From Octopus sinensis (lineage: Eukaryota), in contig NC_043008.1 of NCBI RefSeq assembly GCF_006345805.1, positions 57,288,001 to 57,352,000 of the forward strand: a DNA stretch of 64,000 nucleotides, read 5' to 3'. A program made the translations under genes and the position numbers. Below are positions 23,281 through 36,479 of the stretch, in pieces (the stretch's first letter is position 1; each line of letters starts with the position of its first letter). The notes below the pieces were generated by a model. The model was not told where the DNA came from, did not search any database, and worked only from the letters and a program-made list of their open reading frames with translations.

Positions 23281-24960
23281 TTCACTGGTTCACAAGGAAA
23301 CAGAAAAACCAAAATTACACACTGTTTCCTTGTGTATAACTTAAAACTTTATGCAAAGAATATGCATGAGGTGAAAAAGAGTTTTGACCTTGTTGCAACA
23401 TTCTCAAAGGACGTAGAGTTGGAGTTTGGTCAGGATAAATGTTAGTTATATGGTTCTGAAGAGGGGGAAAAACTATAAACCAGACTAAGAACATCTCCGC
23501 CAATGATTTGACTGTTTCCCCTGTATCTGACGAGGAATGTTACAGGTATCTAGGGAGGGATGTAAATATATCTTACAATGGCACCTGTAACAAAACACAT
23601 GTCACTAAATAATATTACAGCCGAATAAAGAAAATTTGAACCTCAGAACTCTTTGCATTCAATAAAACAGTGGCCCACAATGTGTTTGCAGTGCCAGCAC
23701 TCATACCAACATTTGGGCAGCTTAATTGGACGCTTGATGAGATCCGAACCATTGATGTGAAAACCCGAAAAATACTAACAAGCACGCATAATTTCCACAT
23801 TAACAGTGACGTAGACCGCCTCTACCTAAAACGAAAACGAGGCGGCAGAGGCTTAACATCGATCCAAAATGCCTTTGAATGTCGCATGATATCCCTTCGG
23901 AAACATCTTTTAACCACCAAGTGTCGAGGTGCATCCCGTGACCAAGTTTGCATACATGAAGCTGATAACATCATAAGACTGGGAAGACAACTCCTTGAGC
24001 AACACTCTTTGTCTGATAACCTAGAATATATGCCTAAAGAAGTCGCACGACTCTACCACAACATATCATCAGATGAAAGGATGAGCCTATATGAGCAGAA
24101 GACTATGCATGGGTATGTTAGTAGAAAGCTCCGTGATGAGAGTAACATCGATCATCAAAGCAGTTTATCATGGACGAATAGCCAAAATATCACTTCCCAC
24201 TTTGAAAAGTATGCGTTTACAATCCAGGAACAGGAAATATCAACCAAGTACCTGATGCACAAATGGGATAGAGATGCGGGAAAAGCCGTAAAATGTGACA
24301 ACCGATGCAGATTATGTGGAATTCACACTGAAGATATCACCCACATCATAAGCAGGCGTCCGAAAATGTCATCACGGTATTATCTGCCGATGAGACATGA
24401 CGCTGTAGCTAGGACACTATAAGGAAATCCGTTGGAAGGACAATCCCGAGAGCAAAGAAATAAAACCCCACAATATGGTAGAAGCCATAGCCACTCATAA
24501 TGGAAAGGAATACTGGTGGAATGTACCACTGAAGACCTCAATAAAATGTAAGCACAACAGACCTGATATCGTGATTTGGTATAGAGAAGAGAAACTGTGC
24601 ATAGTTGTAGAAATTAGCAGCCCAGCGGAAGTTAACATAAAGCTGAAGATCAGTGAAAAAGAGAACACCTATGCTGAACAATTGAAAAATCTATAGGTAT
24701 TCTATCCAGATTACAAGTTAAGGTTTATACCTGTAATTATTGGAACCCTGGGATATGTAACACACTGCCTAAATGCCAATCTTGAAAAATTAGGCTTCTC
24801 AAAACCAGAAAGAAGAAAGCTAATTCGAAGACTACAGATCCAATCCATCACTGGAACTGTCAAGATCTGTAAAACTTTCCAGAAGTTTAGCACTTAAATA
24901 TATATGAGCATGTCTAGATATGTAACTCTATGCATGAGAATACATACATAAAATATACAA
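23281..24960 (+). mobile_element. R4/Dong-type (RLE) LINE, 3' portion, decayed
   Basis: RT motif 5 region KITHCFLVYNLKLYAK; RLYLKRKRGGRGL; CRLCGIHTEDITHII zinc motif; RHDAVAR; NRPDIVIW...VEIS RLE; PVIIGTLG; stop at 24898; followed by (ATAC)n. Confidence 0.92.
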
Positions 24961-24964
24961 ATTT

Positions 24965-25108
24965 GCACATACATACATACATACATACATACATACATAC
25001 ATACATACATACATACATACATACATACAAAAATACATACATACATACATACATACATACATACATACATACATACATACATACATACATACATACATAC
25101 ATACATAC
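24965..25108. repeat. (ATAC)n microsatellite
   Basis: Direct reading. Confidence 0.95.
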
Positions 25109-25425
25109 CCTGTTGTTGATGTTGAAATTCCAATGAAGGAACCTTGGATCTATGTTAGAAACCGGTTTTTTCTCTATTGGCAAGAAATCTTGAAATAAAC
25201 TTGAATAATGACATACATACATATTTTTGACAACCATGCTGGTGGATTGTCATTTGTATTGCTCGTGGAAAAATTGCTAATTCGTAAACATGAAACAATT
25301 GGCACTACATTATCAATTTCAATTAAATTAAGATGTAATTATTCGACATTTGCCGCCTTAAGCATTCCTTTTTGTTCGTCACTAACGTAATGTGTGTGAG
25401 TAAGTGAGCGAGTGTGTGTGTGTGT

Positions 25426-25489
<64 letters not shown>

Positions 25490-25620
25490 GATATATACGT
25501 TTATTAATACTGGATAAAAGAACTGTAACTGGAAAACCTGATAAGTCTTCCTTGAATGGCTATTTGCTTGAGGTATATCGCAGTGTATAAAAGCACCGTA
25601 CATAGTAAGATAACAGAATT

Positions 25621-25793
25621 AGGCGCAGGAGTGGCTGTGTGGTAAGTAGCTTGTTTACCAACCACATGGTTCTGGGTTCAGTCCCACTGCGTGGCACCTA
25701 GGGCAAGTGTCTTCTACTATAGCCTCGGGCCAACCAAAGCCTTGTGAATGGATTTGGTAGTCGGAAACTGAAAAGAAGCCCGTCGTATATATG

Positions 25794-25841
<48 letters not shown>

Positions 25842-26048
25842 TGTGTTGTCTCTCTAGCATTGCTTGACAACCGGTGCTGGTGTGTTTATGTCCCCGTTTC
25901 TTAGCGGTTCGGCAAAAGAGGCCGATAGAATAAGTACTGGGCTTACAAAAGAATAAGTCCCGGGGTCGAGTTGCTCGATTAAAGGCGGTGCTCCAGCATG
26001 GCCGCAGTCAAATGACTGAAACAAGTAAAAGAGTAAAAGGGTAAAGAG
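25621..26048 (+). mobile_element. SINE family A, full length
   Basis: AGGCGCAGGAGTGGCTGTGTGG head through AAGTAAAAGAGTAAAAG tail. Confidence 0.93.
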
Positions 26049-26159
26049 AATTCTACGAAAATTTAAATGGGTTTAATAGAATCTAAGAGACGATTGTTAG
26101 CCCATCTTAATTCGCTTGCATCTGCAAAACGCAAACCGTCCATTTCATTAGATAATAAT

Positions 26160-26245
26160 AATCCTTCTGACGGATTTCATTATAGAGTGTCCTAGCTACA
26201 ACGTCATGTCTCATCGGTAGATAATATCGTGATGACATGTAGACC
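26160..26245 (-). mobile_element. Short fragment of the same R4-type LINE family
   Basis: MSSRYYLPMRHDVVARTLYNEIRQKD, near-identical to the peptide at 24365-24440. Confidence 0.85.
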
Positions 26246-26625
26246 ATCCGCAGAACGATAACATCCCTTACAATATTATCTGGTCCATTATTAAAACGGG
26301 AAGGCCGCATCAAGATGGTTGAACTCTACGCGATCACTGCAGCAAAGAGTTCATCGAGGTTTTAAAAGGAAATTCCCAATGTCCTCTAAACCGCCAAAGG
26401 GAGACAATCACATTTTGTAGACATCAATCATTGAAAGTGTTTCTTTTTTTACCATAAACCGATGTGTTTTTCCTGGGTTATATATTGTTACTAACCTGCT
26501 TTAGCGGGGGCCTTATAATTCTTCCACTTTACCCCCTAACATTTTCTATTATGACCTTGTAATATAAACCCTTTTGTCCTTTAGGCCTTACTTACTAATT
26601 ATTTAATATTTATCTGAATGCAAGT

Positions 26626-26872
26626 TTTTACTCTTTTAATTGTTTCAGTCATTTGACTGTGGCCATGCTGAAGCACCGCCTTTAGTCGAGCAAATCGACC
26701 CCTAGAACTTATTCTTTGTAAGCCTAGTACTTATTCTATCGGTCTCTTTTGCCGAACCGCTAAGTTACGGGGATGTAAACACACCAGCATCAGTTGTCAA
26801 GCGATATGGGGGGGACAAACACACACACACAAACACCACACACACACACACACACACACCACACACACACAC

Positions 26873-26911
<39 letters not shown>

Positions 26912-27105
26912 TATATATATTATATATATATACACATATATACGACGGGCTTCTTTCAGTTTCCGTCTACCAAATCCACTCACACGGCTTTGGTCGACCC
27001 GAGGCTATAGTAGAAGACACTTGCCCTAGGTGCCACGCAGTGGGTCTGAACCCGGAACCATGTGGTTCGTAAGCAAGCTACTTGCCACACAACGACTCCT
27101 GCGCC
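26626..27105 (-). mobile_element. SINE family A, full length
   Basis: Complete structure. Confidence 0.92.
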
Positions 27106-27275
27106 TGTTTGCTAATTATTTATATAATTACTTCTATTGCCATTTTTAAATACGATACCTAACAAGTCAGAATCCGGCTATTGTCTGTCTGTATTTACCT
27201 CCCGCTCTTAATGTTCTACTGAGGTCTTCATGACCTCCAACATCAAGCTGTTAGATATTCAGACTGACTTATACC

Positions 27276-27508
27276 TATTTCTTTACTACCCACAAGGGGC
27301 TAAACACAGAGAGGACAAACAAGGACAGACAAACGGATTTAGTCGATTACATCGACCCAGTGCGTAACTGGTACTTATTTAATCAACCCCGAAAGGATGA
27401 AAGGCAAAGTCGACCTCGGCGGAATTTGAACTCAGAACGCAGCGGCGGACGAAATACCCCTAAGCAGTTCGCCCGGCGTGCTAACGTTTCTACCAGTTCT
27501 CTGCCTTA
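27276..27508 (-). mobile_element. SINE family B with 15-bp TSD
   Basis: AGACTGACTTATACC at 27261-27275 and 27509-27523. Confidence 0.95.
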
Positions 27509-27744
27509 AGACTGACTTATACCGAGCAGGGGAATGAATAGCCCTTCCTACTAAAGGCGTTGGCGGCGGTGTTGGTGGTGGTTCCCCATCATCTGGCACG
27601 CCACATGCTGTGACACTTTCTCCAGCGGCAACTTGTTGTCAGTAACCAGCCCAGGGCCCCGCTGCTCGTCATGCTGAAAGAAACAAACTATCAAGATATC
27701 GGTCACTCTCCAACATTCATGACTTTTCCCATGGCACAAATATC

Positions 27745-27975
27745 TATTTCTTTACTACCCACAAGGGCTAAACACAGAGAGGACAAACAAGGACAGACAA
27801 ACGGATAAAGTCGATTATATCGACCCCAGTGCGTAACTGGTACTTATTTAATCGACCCCGAAAGGATGAAAGGCAAAGTCGACCTCGGCGGAATTTGAAC
27901 TCAGACCGTAACGGCAGACGAAACACGGCTACGCATTTCGCCCGGCGTGCTAACGTTTCAGCCAGCTCGCCGCCT
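27745..27975 (-). mobile_element. SINE family B with 16-bp TSD
   Basis: CCATGGCACAAATATC at 27729-27744 and 27976-27991. Confidence 0.95.
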
Positions 27976-28119
27976 CCATGGCACAAATATCATAATTGAA
28001 CTCGTGTAATTTTAAATGGGAACCGAAACTGCGTACAAGATTCGGTTTGTGGAAAGCTTACTCATTTGATAATTGCTTCTGATTAGAACTCCAGAACAAT
28101 ATCTTAATTTATTTTTAAG

Positions 28120-28295
28120 ATGACAAGCTGGCAGAATCGTTCGCGGCATTTCGTCCGTCTTTATGTTCTGAGTTGAAATTCCGCCGAGGTCGACTTTGCC
28201 TTTCATCCTTACGGGGGGAGGGTCGATGAAACAAGTACCAGTTGCGTACTGGGGTCGATCTAATCGACTAGCCCCTCCCCCAAAATTTCGAGCTT
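28120..28295 (+). mobile_element. SINE family B, alternative tail
   Basis: Core GAGGTCGACTTTGCCTTTCATCC plus CCCCTCCCCCAAAATTTCGAGCTTGTGG. Confidence 0.8.
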
Positions 28296-28470
28296 GTGGC
28301 ATTTGAGACCTCCGGTGTCCTTGCCCTCCCGGACCATATTCCTTGCTCACCGCTGTCGGGACGGAGATTGCTGTCAACAAGTGCGGGCCTCGTGAGTCAG
28401 ACTGGCTATTCCAGCGCATCAGCCTTGTTACCCTCCCGGGGCAACGCCTTTTTCCATTTTTGTCTGTTGG
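28296..28470 (+). mobile_element. CRE-type non-LTR element, RLE C-terminal fragment
   Basis: Frameshifted AFETSGVL ... RESDWLFQRISL ... RGNAF, matching the FQRxSxxxxRGNA motif of CRE-like RLE domains. Confidence 0.6.
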
Positions 28471-28794
28471 TGCGATGTAAAATGTTTCTATATTGTGAGA
28501 AGCAAGATTCTCCATTAATCCGTTCCTCGTTTTGTCAGGTTGATGCTGGGCTGCGAGTGTTATCTTGTCGTTTGTTCCTCGAAATCATTTCGAAATTCGA
28601 TTGAAGAGCATCCAGCACCACAAACGCCATCACTACCACCTTCCTCCTCTTAATTCTTTCTACCTATCGATTTCATATTCCTTTGATATCTAACATCACA
28701 GCACATCCTGCTAGCTTTCACCCTTTAAGGGTCACCTCGATGTCTTTTGAGCGATTGACAGGTATATATATATTGCCGTCATAGCTATGCTCTC

Positions 28795-28848
28795 CCCTCT
28801 CTCTTTCTCTCTCTCTCTTTCTCTCTCTCTCTCTTCTCTCTCTCTCTT

Positions 28849-28918
<70 letters not shown>
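28795..28918. repeat. (TC)n microsatellite
   Basis: Direct reading. Confidence 0.95.
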
Positions 28919-28921
<3 letters not shown>

Positions 28922-29105
28922 TATGCATCTTTCGTCATCCCTCCTCCTCTTTTCTTTCTCTTATTCTCCCACTGACTCCATCCCTCACTTCTAACACTAT
29001 TTCGATCTTACCCTTTTCCTTTAAGCGCTCTTTGTCTCACTCACTCTATCATTCTGCCTCCCTCTATGAGTTGCGCTCTCTCTTTATCTATATGGCTCAA
29101 TTTCT

Positions 29106-29144
<39 letters not shown>

Positions 29145-29158
29145 CATGCATATATACA

Positions 29159-29213
<55 letters not shown>

Positions 29214-29289
29214 TATATAATATATACATGCACACATACATGCATGCATATATATATATATGCACACAAACACATACACAAATGCGCCG

Positions 29290-30530
29290 TAAATAAACAC
29301 CCTTATAATCGTTAAAATCTATTTAAATCTAAAATTATACATTCAAATTATCTATTAGTTTTTATAATGCAAATATTTCATATCTAGAAGACATGCTCTT
29401 TGCATTTTTCAGTGCAAGGTCCTTATTAGGCATACTACTGATCAGATGACGAATATTTTCTTGAGGAAATTTCTTGCCAAGTTTCATAAAGTAATCTCAA
29501 AAGGTCTATCTTTGAGGATGTTTTCTTGTTCTTTACAAAGTATCTTGTCCACTATGCCCCAGATGTGTTCAATAGGGTTCATATCTGGTGACTGGCTTAG
29601 CACTGGAAGATTTTTAATGACATTCTCTTCCAACTAATCTTGTGTCTTTTTACCCATTGTAACAAGAAACCCCATCTTTCATAAATAAAGAGTCTTCTTT
29701 AATCATTTCACCACTGGAGAAGATTGGAAGGAGTCCTTTCTGCAATATGTACTCATATTCACTGCGTTTATGTTTCCCTCACAATTCACCAGCTCTGATC
29801 GACCATTGCTCCAAATTACTCCCCCAGACCATCACAGAACAGCCACTGTGTTTCATTGTTGGCTGCAATGTTTTCACATCAAATTCTTGATCACAGAGTA
29901 TCCAGACCCACACTCGACCACTGTCAGGAAATACAGCAAATCTGGACTCATCAGAGAATATGACAGTATCCCAAGATGCTAGTGACCTTTCCACCATCTC
30001 ATTGGCCCAATTTTTTCTCCGCTTGATATTGGCTAGTCGAAGAAGTGGCTTTCTTCTTGCTGCTCTGCCATAGTAGCCAAGTTTATGGAGATACCTCACA
30101 GCTGTTCTGGGACTGACATCAACTTGTTCTGCTAAGTCTGAGGTCTTGCAACAAAGATTATCCTCCACACTTCTCTTAACAAAGTGAAGGGTCTTGTCAG
30201 AGGGCCCTGGTCGAATGGGCGAGATGATGTGGACTCCTTCCCCTCTCTAGTGAAATGCAAAATCACTCTATTAACTGTAGAAAGCGGAATCCCAAGTTTT
30301 CTGCGAGTTTATGCTGGCTGAGTTCACCTTCAGATTGACCCACGATACGGCCCCTTTGAAATTTGGACTCTTCCAATGCTTCTTTGTATGTGGGATGATT
30401 AAACAGTCACGTATAGAACCTGAAACATAAAAATGTCAATTAATAAAAAAAAACAGTATAAACCTTTTCTAGCTAAAAATGAACATAAAACGATATTTTA
30501 TGGTGTATCTATTTACTTCTGTCATATCTG
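29290..30530 (-). mobile_element. Decayed Tc1-family transposon
   Basis: [23 protein letters not shown] and SQSPDMNPIEHIW motifs with frameshifts. TIRs degenerate; flanked by (TA)n on both sides; ends approximate. Confidence 0.88.
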
Positions 30531-30532
30531 TA

Positions 30533-30672
<140 letters not shown>

Positions 30673-31487
30673 TGTAGTATGTATGTATGTATGTATGTAT
30701 GTATGTGTGTGTGTGTGTATATATATATATATTATATATATGTAACGGCAGAAATTGATTGGTGAACATTATTATGATGAAATGTCGGAGTCAGGTGGTG
30801 TGATGATAAAAATTGGTTATTATAATCGCATGTTGTACGATGAGAAAGATGAACAATGCATAAAGTTTTAAGGAAATGTTTATTTACCGTTACGTTACAA
30901 ATACCTTGCCTCGACGGGCAGGTTATGTTAAATCCAAAAGCATGCGAAGTAAAGTTTGTGTTTGTGTTCTCTTCATTGGTTAGTAGTAAATACAGAGAGA
31001 GATAGAATGACTTTGTAAGAGAACAGAATTAGAGCTAGCGAGAATTGTTGGGTGTTGTCTGACAGTAAACTTCATTTCTCTCGCTGACCATTATCTTTTG
31101 TAGCTGCATTCCTTGTGACCATGATTCTAGCAGTCCGTTCCCTAACTAATTGAGTCGTCACCATGTGACTAACTTGTTGAGTCGTCACTGACTGGTGACT
31201 AACTGATTTTTGTTTGGGGTATTCTTGCTTTTATAACAATCCAGAAGGACAGACATACCATTGAAAACAATAGATTTAGTTGGTGGTCTTGTTATCTCTA
31301 TTCTAGCTTTTGGTGAACTAGAAGAGGTTAGAAAGGGTCAAGTGGTGACGACATTATTTCGGCCTAGCTAAAGACATCTGGAAGATGTAAAACTGCTGTC
31401 AGAGAAAAACCATTGTTCCATCGTGGGAAAAGTTCTGTTGCAGTGTTAATTTAAATTTGGCTATGATGGATTGAATCCACTTCATGC

Positions 31488-31553
31488 ATGCATGTATGTA
31501 TGTATGTATGTATGTATGTATGTATGTATGTATGTATGTATATATATACATAC

Positions 31554-31584
<31 letters not shown>

Positions 31585-31664
31585 TGTATGTATGTATGTA
31601 TGTATGTATGTGTATATATATATATATATACATACATACATACATACATACATACATACATACA

Positions 31665-31696
<32 letters not shown>

Positions 31697-31697
31697 G
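31488..31697. repeat. (ATGT)n / (ACAT)n inverted microsatellite pair
   Basis: Direct reading; quasi-palindromic. Confidence 0.92.
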
Positions 31698-31699
31698 CA

Positions 31700-32700
31700 T
31701 AATCATTCAGAAAACTTGCCCTCCTTTCGATGGTTTTCGGTAGCGCAAAATCACTGTCGTCACTGGAAATCCAAAAGAGACCAGTTTCATCTGCGCTGAA
31801 AACTTGGTCTAAAATGTAACCGTCTTCTTCAATTATTTTGGCTAGTTTTGGAAGAAATTCTTCAGCAGCAGTCTTATCTGCCGAGGAAATTTCACCTCTC
31901 ATTTTTATGTTATGCAGTGCGTGTCTTTCGAGGAATTTTGTAAGTCATTCTGAACTTGCAGTAAATTCATTCTTCTTTTTATCACAAGACAGATGAAACG
32001 CATTTGATAACTCTATTAATCTTCTTATAAAATCGTAATGCCATCTGTTTTATGGTTTTACCATCTACTGGTATCCTTTTTTGATTGTTTTATCTGTCCA
32101 TATTACACTCTTTTACTCTTTTACTTTATTATTCTATCGGTCTCTTTTTACCGAACCGCTAAGTTACGGGGACGTAAACACACCAACATCGGTTATCAAG
32201 TGATGTTGTGGGGGGTACAAACACAGACACAAACACACACACACATATGTACATACATATATACGACAGGCTTCTTTCAGTTTCCGTCTAACAAATCCAC
32301 TCGCAAGGCTTTAGTCGGCCCGAGGCTATAGTAGAAGACACTTGCCCAAGGTGCCACGCAGTGGGACTGAACCCGGAACCATGTGGTTGGTAAGAAAGCA
32401 ACTTACCACACACCCACTCCTGGGCCTATTATTAAAGGTTTCTCCATTTTCTTCAATCATGTCCCTTGCATATGACGACGACTTGGCAGATAATTTTGTT
32501 CCAGAAGCTACAGATCTTCTAATGGCAGCACCATTCCTTTCTATCGTTATTACCGTAGCTTCGGTCCGACAGAAAGCTCTACCCAAGGATGCTGCACTTT
32601 CGCCCTTACGAAGACGATCCAAAATATTGATCTTGGTCTCCAAAGAAATTGATGCTCTTTTATTTTTCTTAGATGTATCAACCGACATTTTGAGGTAGGG
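31700..32700 (-). mobile_element. Tigger/pogo (CENP-B-like) transposase relic, internally deleted and interrupted by a SINE
   Basis: KRASISLETKINILDRLRKGESAASLGR (psq HTH); GEISSADKTAAEEF...QVFSADETGLFW joined to a short acidic C-terminal SSDDSDF segment. Confidence 0.85.
32106..32426 (-). mobile_element. SINE family A nested in the Tigger relic
   Basis: Head and microsatellite present; tail partly deleted. Confidence 0.9.
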
Positions 32701-32789
32701 TTATCGCCATCACGATCGCAAATAAAGAAATTAAACAGAGGATAAAGCACACCACACGTCTTTTGTATTAGACCCGATACTATATATAT

Positions 32790-32870
32790 AAGAGAACAAA
32801 GTGTACGTACGCCGCTATATATATATAAAATAAAATGCAAAATGGAACAAGAACCCAAAACATATATATA
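32790..32870 (-). repeat. Dispersed repeat family F, copy 3
   Basis: Reverse complement of GTTTTG.GTTCTTGT.CCATTTT...TATAGCGGCGTACGTACACTTTG. Confidence 0.8.
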
Positions 32871-33058
32871 TATAAATAAGAAAATGGAGGAACAAATTCA
32901 TTTCAATCATCAACTTACAGATATTACCAATTCATATTATTTATTAACTACATAAATAGGAACATCCGGATCCAACAAAACAATATACATCAATATGTAA
33001 GATAATAATACCATAAGAATAATACACATGGGTTACACTCATAAACCCTATCTCACTT

Positions 33059-33091
<33 letters not shown>

Positions 33092-33092
<1 letters not shown>

Positions 33093-33270
33093 AGTGGTTT
33101 TCAACCAGGGTTCCGCAAGAAGTTACAAAACTGCTAAAATCAGCAGTAATTTTCAATTCTCCTATGCAGATATGTGAGCATAAAACTATTAAATTATTGC
33201 ACAGGGGTTCCTCGAGCCAGTGGAATGTTCCCTTGGGGTTCCGCTCCAGCAAAAAGGTTGAAAAGCACTG
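33092..33270. mobile_element. hAT-type MITE (179 bp)
   Basis: TIRs CAGTGGTTTTCAACC / GGTTGAAAAGCACTG; 8-bp TSD ATATATAC on both sides. Confidence 0.92.
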
Positions 33271-34424
33271 ATATATACACACACACACACACACACATAT
33301 ATATGTCAGTATGTACGTATATGTATGTATATACGCCTATATATATATATAACATGTAATATTCAAATAAAATAAGATCAACCGGAATCTTAATTTTATC
33401 GGTCTCCATGACTCAAGACATGATTCCTCTAGAAAACAATAGCGAAATCACCCTCGGATTACACAGTCGAATACTTCAAAAGAGAAAGTGTGTGTCAGTG
33501 TGTGTGTGTGTGTGCCTACCTGCCTGCCTGCGTGTGCGTAGGTGAAACTAACTTAATCCCTACAAATTTCTGGTCACGCAATTATTTTCAGGGGAGGTAA
33601 CCTATACATTTGTTATAAGAGTTATGCCACTTGATTATATTGCTATGCTGTGATTTCTATCAACGTTACCGTTACAAGTTTAGCACATTTCAACGCTGAT
33701 CATAGATACTACCGTTCTATGAACTGAATAAGCTTCTCGAACTGCAAGAAGTAGCCACCAAATATGAGTAACTCCACAAGAAATTGTAGGTTGTTGCAGT
33801 GTTTCACAAATCACAAACATCAATTCCCACAAACCCTATATTAATGAAAAGAATCCCTGCATTCAAGGGCCCGGGGACAGCGGGTGCACCTACACCCCTT
33901 GGAATTTTCAGGTGGTGCAAGATCAAAATTTGCACCCCTTACATAATTTTATCAGTTTCAGAAAATAGTGTCTAAAAAATTATCTGTATAAGATGCTTGA
34001 AGCTAGATTTCGTTTCAAAGCAAAAACAAAGAACAAAAATAAATACAAGTGATGAATCTGGGCTTAAAATTCCCAAGGGAATTTATGACTAACCAAATTC
34101 TGAAGCAAAGCAGCGTCAAAATAAAAAGTATATGACAACAACAACAATAGCAGCAAACAACAAGAACAACAACATGACCAGCATCTACGGCTACTCTTCA
34201 ATACATAGCATTACTTGGATTCTTGAAGACAGCTCTATTCTGACAAAAATAACTCCGAAGTCTTGCAATGCTGAAAATGTGTGAAGGTTCTTGTCATCTC
34301 TCTCTCTCTATTTGTCACCTCTCTCGAGTTCTTTGTAGTTGATGTAGCTAAACACTGACGACATGGTTGAATAGATTCGACTGTTTGACCTCAGCCTAAA
34401 AATAAAAGCCCTTTTAAAATGCTT

Positions 34425-35200
34425 TCAGTCATATCGGGGACAATACTTTTCCTTCTCTATATCAACGACCCGCCAGATTTTCTTGATGGAAGAGTTCTCC
34501 TATTTGCAGACGACGTCAAACTTGTCTCGCCTAGGAATCAATACGACATACTACAATCGTCGCTGAACTGAGCTTGGAATTAGGCGGAAGAATGGGATCT
34601 GCCCTTGAACACCTCAAAATGCAGCCATTTGCCAATTGGTTCACCTCCAAACACTCCCTTGACTATTGGCCACAAACATCAACATCTTAAGATGGTCACT
34701 GAAAAAAAGGATCTTGGCATAATGATCGATACTACTTTCAAACCACCACGGCAGGGTATCGAAGCGGCAAACAAAGCCAGAAGGAATCTTTTCCTCATCC
34801 ACCGATCCTTTGCCAACCTGTCAATGGACGTCTTTCGGCCTGTATACGTCACTCTAGTTCGACCCATCCTCAAATATTGCATCCATACTTCAAACCCATA
34901 TCTCCAGAAAGACATTCAGCACCTGGAACAGGTTCAGCACTTGGCCACCCGAATGGGCGCGGGCTTATCTAAGCTTGCGTAAGAGGTACATCTCCAACAG
35001 CTGGCATTGCCTTCACTCGAACGACGGAGGATGCAGGGAGATCTCATCCAGCTTTCAACATCTTCAACGGACATGTAAACCTACCATTTGTGGAGATTTT
35101 CACCCCTGCGCCAGATAGAGGTCTTCGTGGGCATGATCACAAACTCTAATCCCGACACTTTCGTTTCAACAGGCAGAAGGCCGCATTCTCCATCCGTATC
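34425..35200 (+). mobile_element. CR1-type LINE, RT motif 5 to 3' region, decayed
   Basis: LLFADDVKL; KDLGIMID; VYVTLVRPILKYC; LERRRMQGDLI. Confidence 0.9.
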
Positions 35201-35204
35201 GCAG

Positions 35205-36181
35205 CCCCGTGCACAATCCAAGCGAATTCTTTGATCCCACAACTCAAGTGCAGAGACACAACTTAAAATTAATATCATGGAAGTTGATATACTTGCAGCT
35301 ATTAATGATTTAGACTCAAACTCAGCATCTGTACCAGATAGTATTCCAGTTATATTGCTAAAAAACGTGCAAAAACTGCCTCATGAAATCATTAAATGTA
35401 CTATTTCAAAAGTCGCCAGATTCCCGAGACTATTGAAGAAGCTATAATAAAACCTATATAGGTACAAAGGAGGTAGCAGTGCTGAAGCTAAAATTTACAG
35501 ACCTGTTTCCCTCACGTCTTACACATCTAAATGAGTGTGACCTAGGCATCACTGTCAGCAGTGATTTGCGTTGGACAAAGCATATCTCTAAAATTGTCAA
35601 GAAGGCCGAGGGTGTCTTGGCATCACTCAGCAAGACTTTTGTTAGCCGCTCTCCAGCCATCTATTTAAAACTGTATACAGCTATGGTACGACCACACTTG
35701 GAATTCGCATCATCAGTTTGGAACCCCTATCTTGCTCAGAACATTGACCTCCTGGAATCTGTTCAGAGACGTGCAACCAAACGCATACCCTCCATCAGAC
35801 ACCTACCATATTCTGAGCGCCTTGTTTCCCTGGGCATGGATTCACTGAAGCTCCGGCGTCTGGCGACGGACTTGGTAAACACCCACAAAGTTGTCAACCA
35901 CCTCACCAATAACAACACTGAACACCTTTTTGATCTCCATGTGTCTAACACACGTGGACATGCCTACAAAGTCAGAAAACAACACAGCTCCCATGACTTT
36001 CGGAAACATTTCTTCACACTCAGAATTGCTGAAGCATGGAATAAACTGCCTGCGTCAGTTGTTGACTGCCATGACACTGCATCCTTTAAGGCCCTCATGC
36101 TTTCTGAAATCCGTCGAAACTACACCTGATTATATATACACTTTCAATGAGTTGTAGTGCACTTGAGCACTGTACACAATG

Positions 36182-36213
<32 letters not shown>
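35205..36213 (+). mobile_element. CR1-type LINE: RT N-terminal piece fused to a 3' end with (ATT)n tail
   Basis: IYRPVSLTS joined at ~35525 to ECDLGITVSSDL...LYTAMVRPHLEFASSVWNPY...WNKLP; stop at 36129; (ATT)n at 36185-36213. Confidence 0.92.
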
Positions 36214-36216
<3 letters not shown>

Positions 36217-36479
36217 AATTATCCAACGCCTTGTCTGAAGACAAAAAGTAATAACATACCTGGAGGAAAACAACTTAGATGACACTCAGTATAGGTTTCG
36301 GACTGAACGAAGTTGCCTGTCACAATTCTTACAGCATCATAACACAACCTCTAATAATTGCTTAAGGGGAAAGATCACTGACTGTTAAATTTTGATCTTG
36401 CACCACCTGAAAATTCCAAGGGGTGCAGGTGCACCCCCTGTTCCCGGGCCCTTGAATGTTGATGTTTGATAATTTTACT

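Larger units (their letters stand above)
33860..36458. mobile_element. 2.6-kb element bounded by 72-bp inverted repeats, filled with CR1 fragments
   Basis: 33860-33931 vs 36387-36458: 69/72 reverse-complement identity. No TSD seen. Confidence 0.75.

Noticed and set aside
27551-27690. GC-richer segment after a strong minus-strand acceptor (TTTGTTTCTTTCAG)
   Set aside because: All frames stop within ~40 codons, no donor or homolog found.
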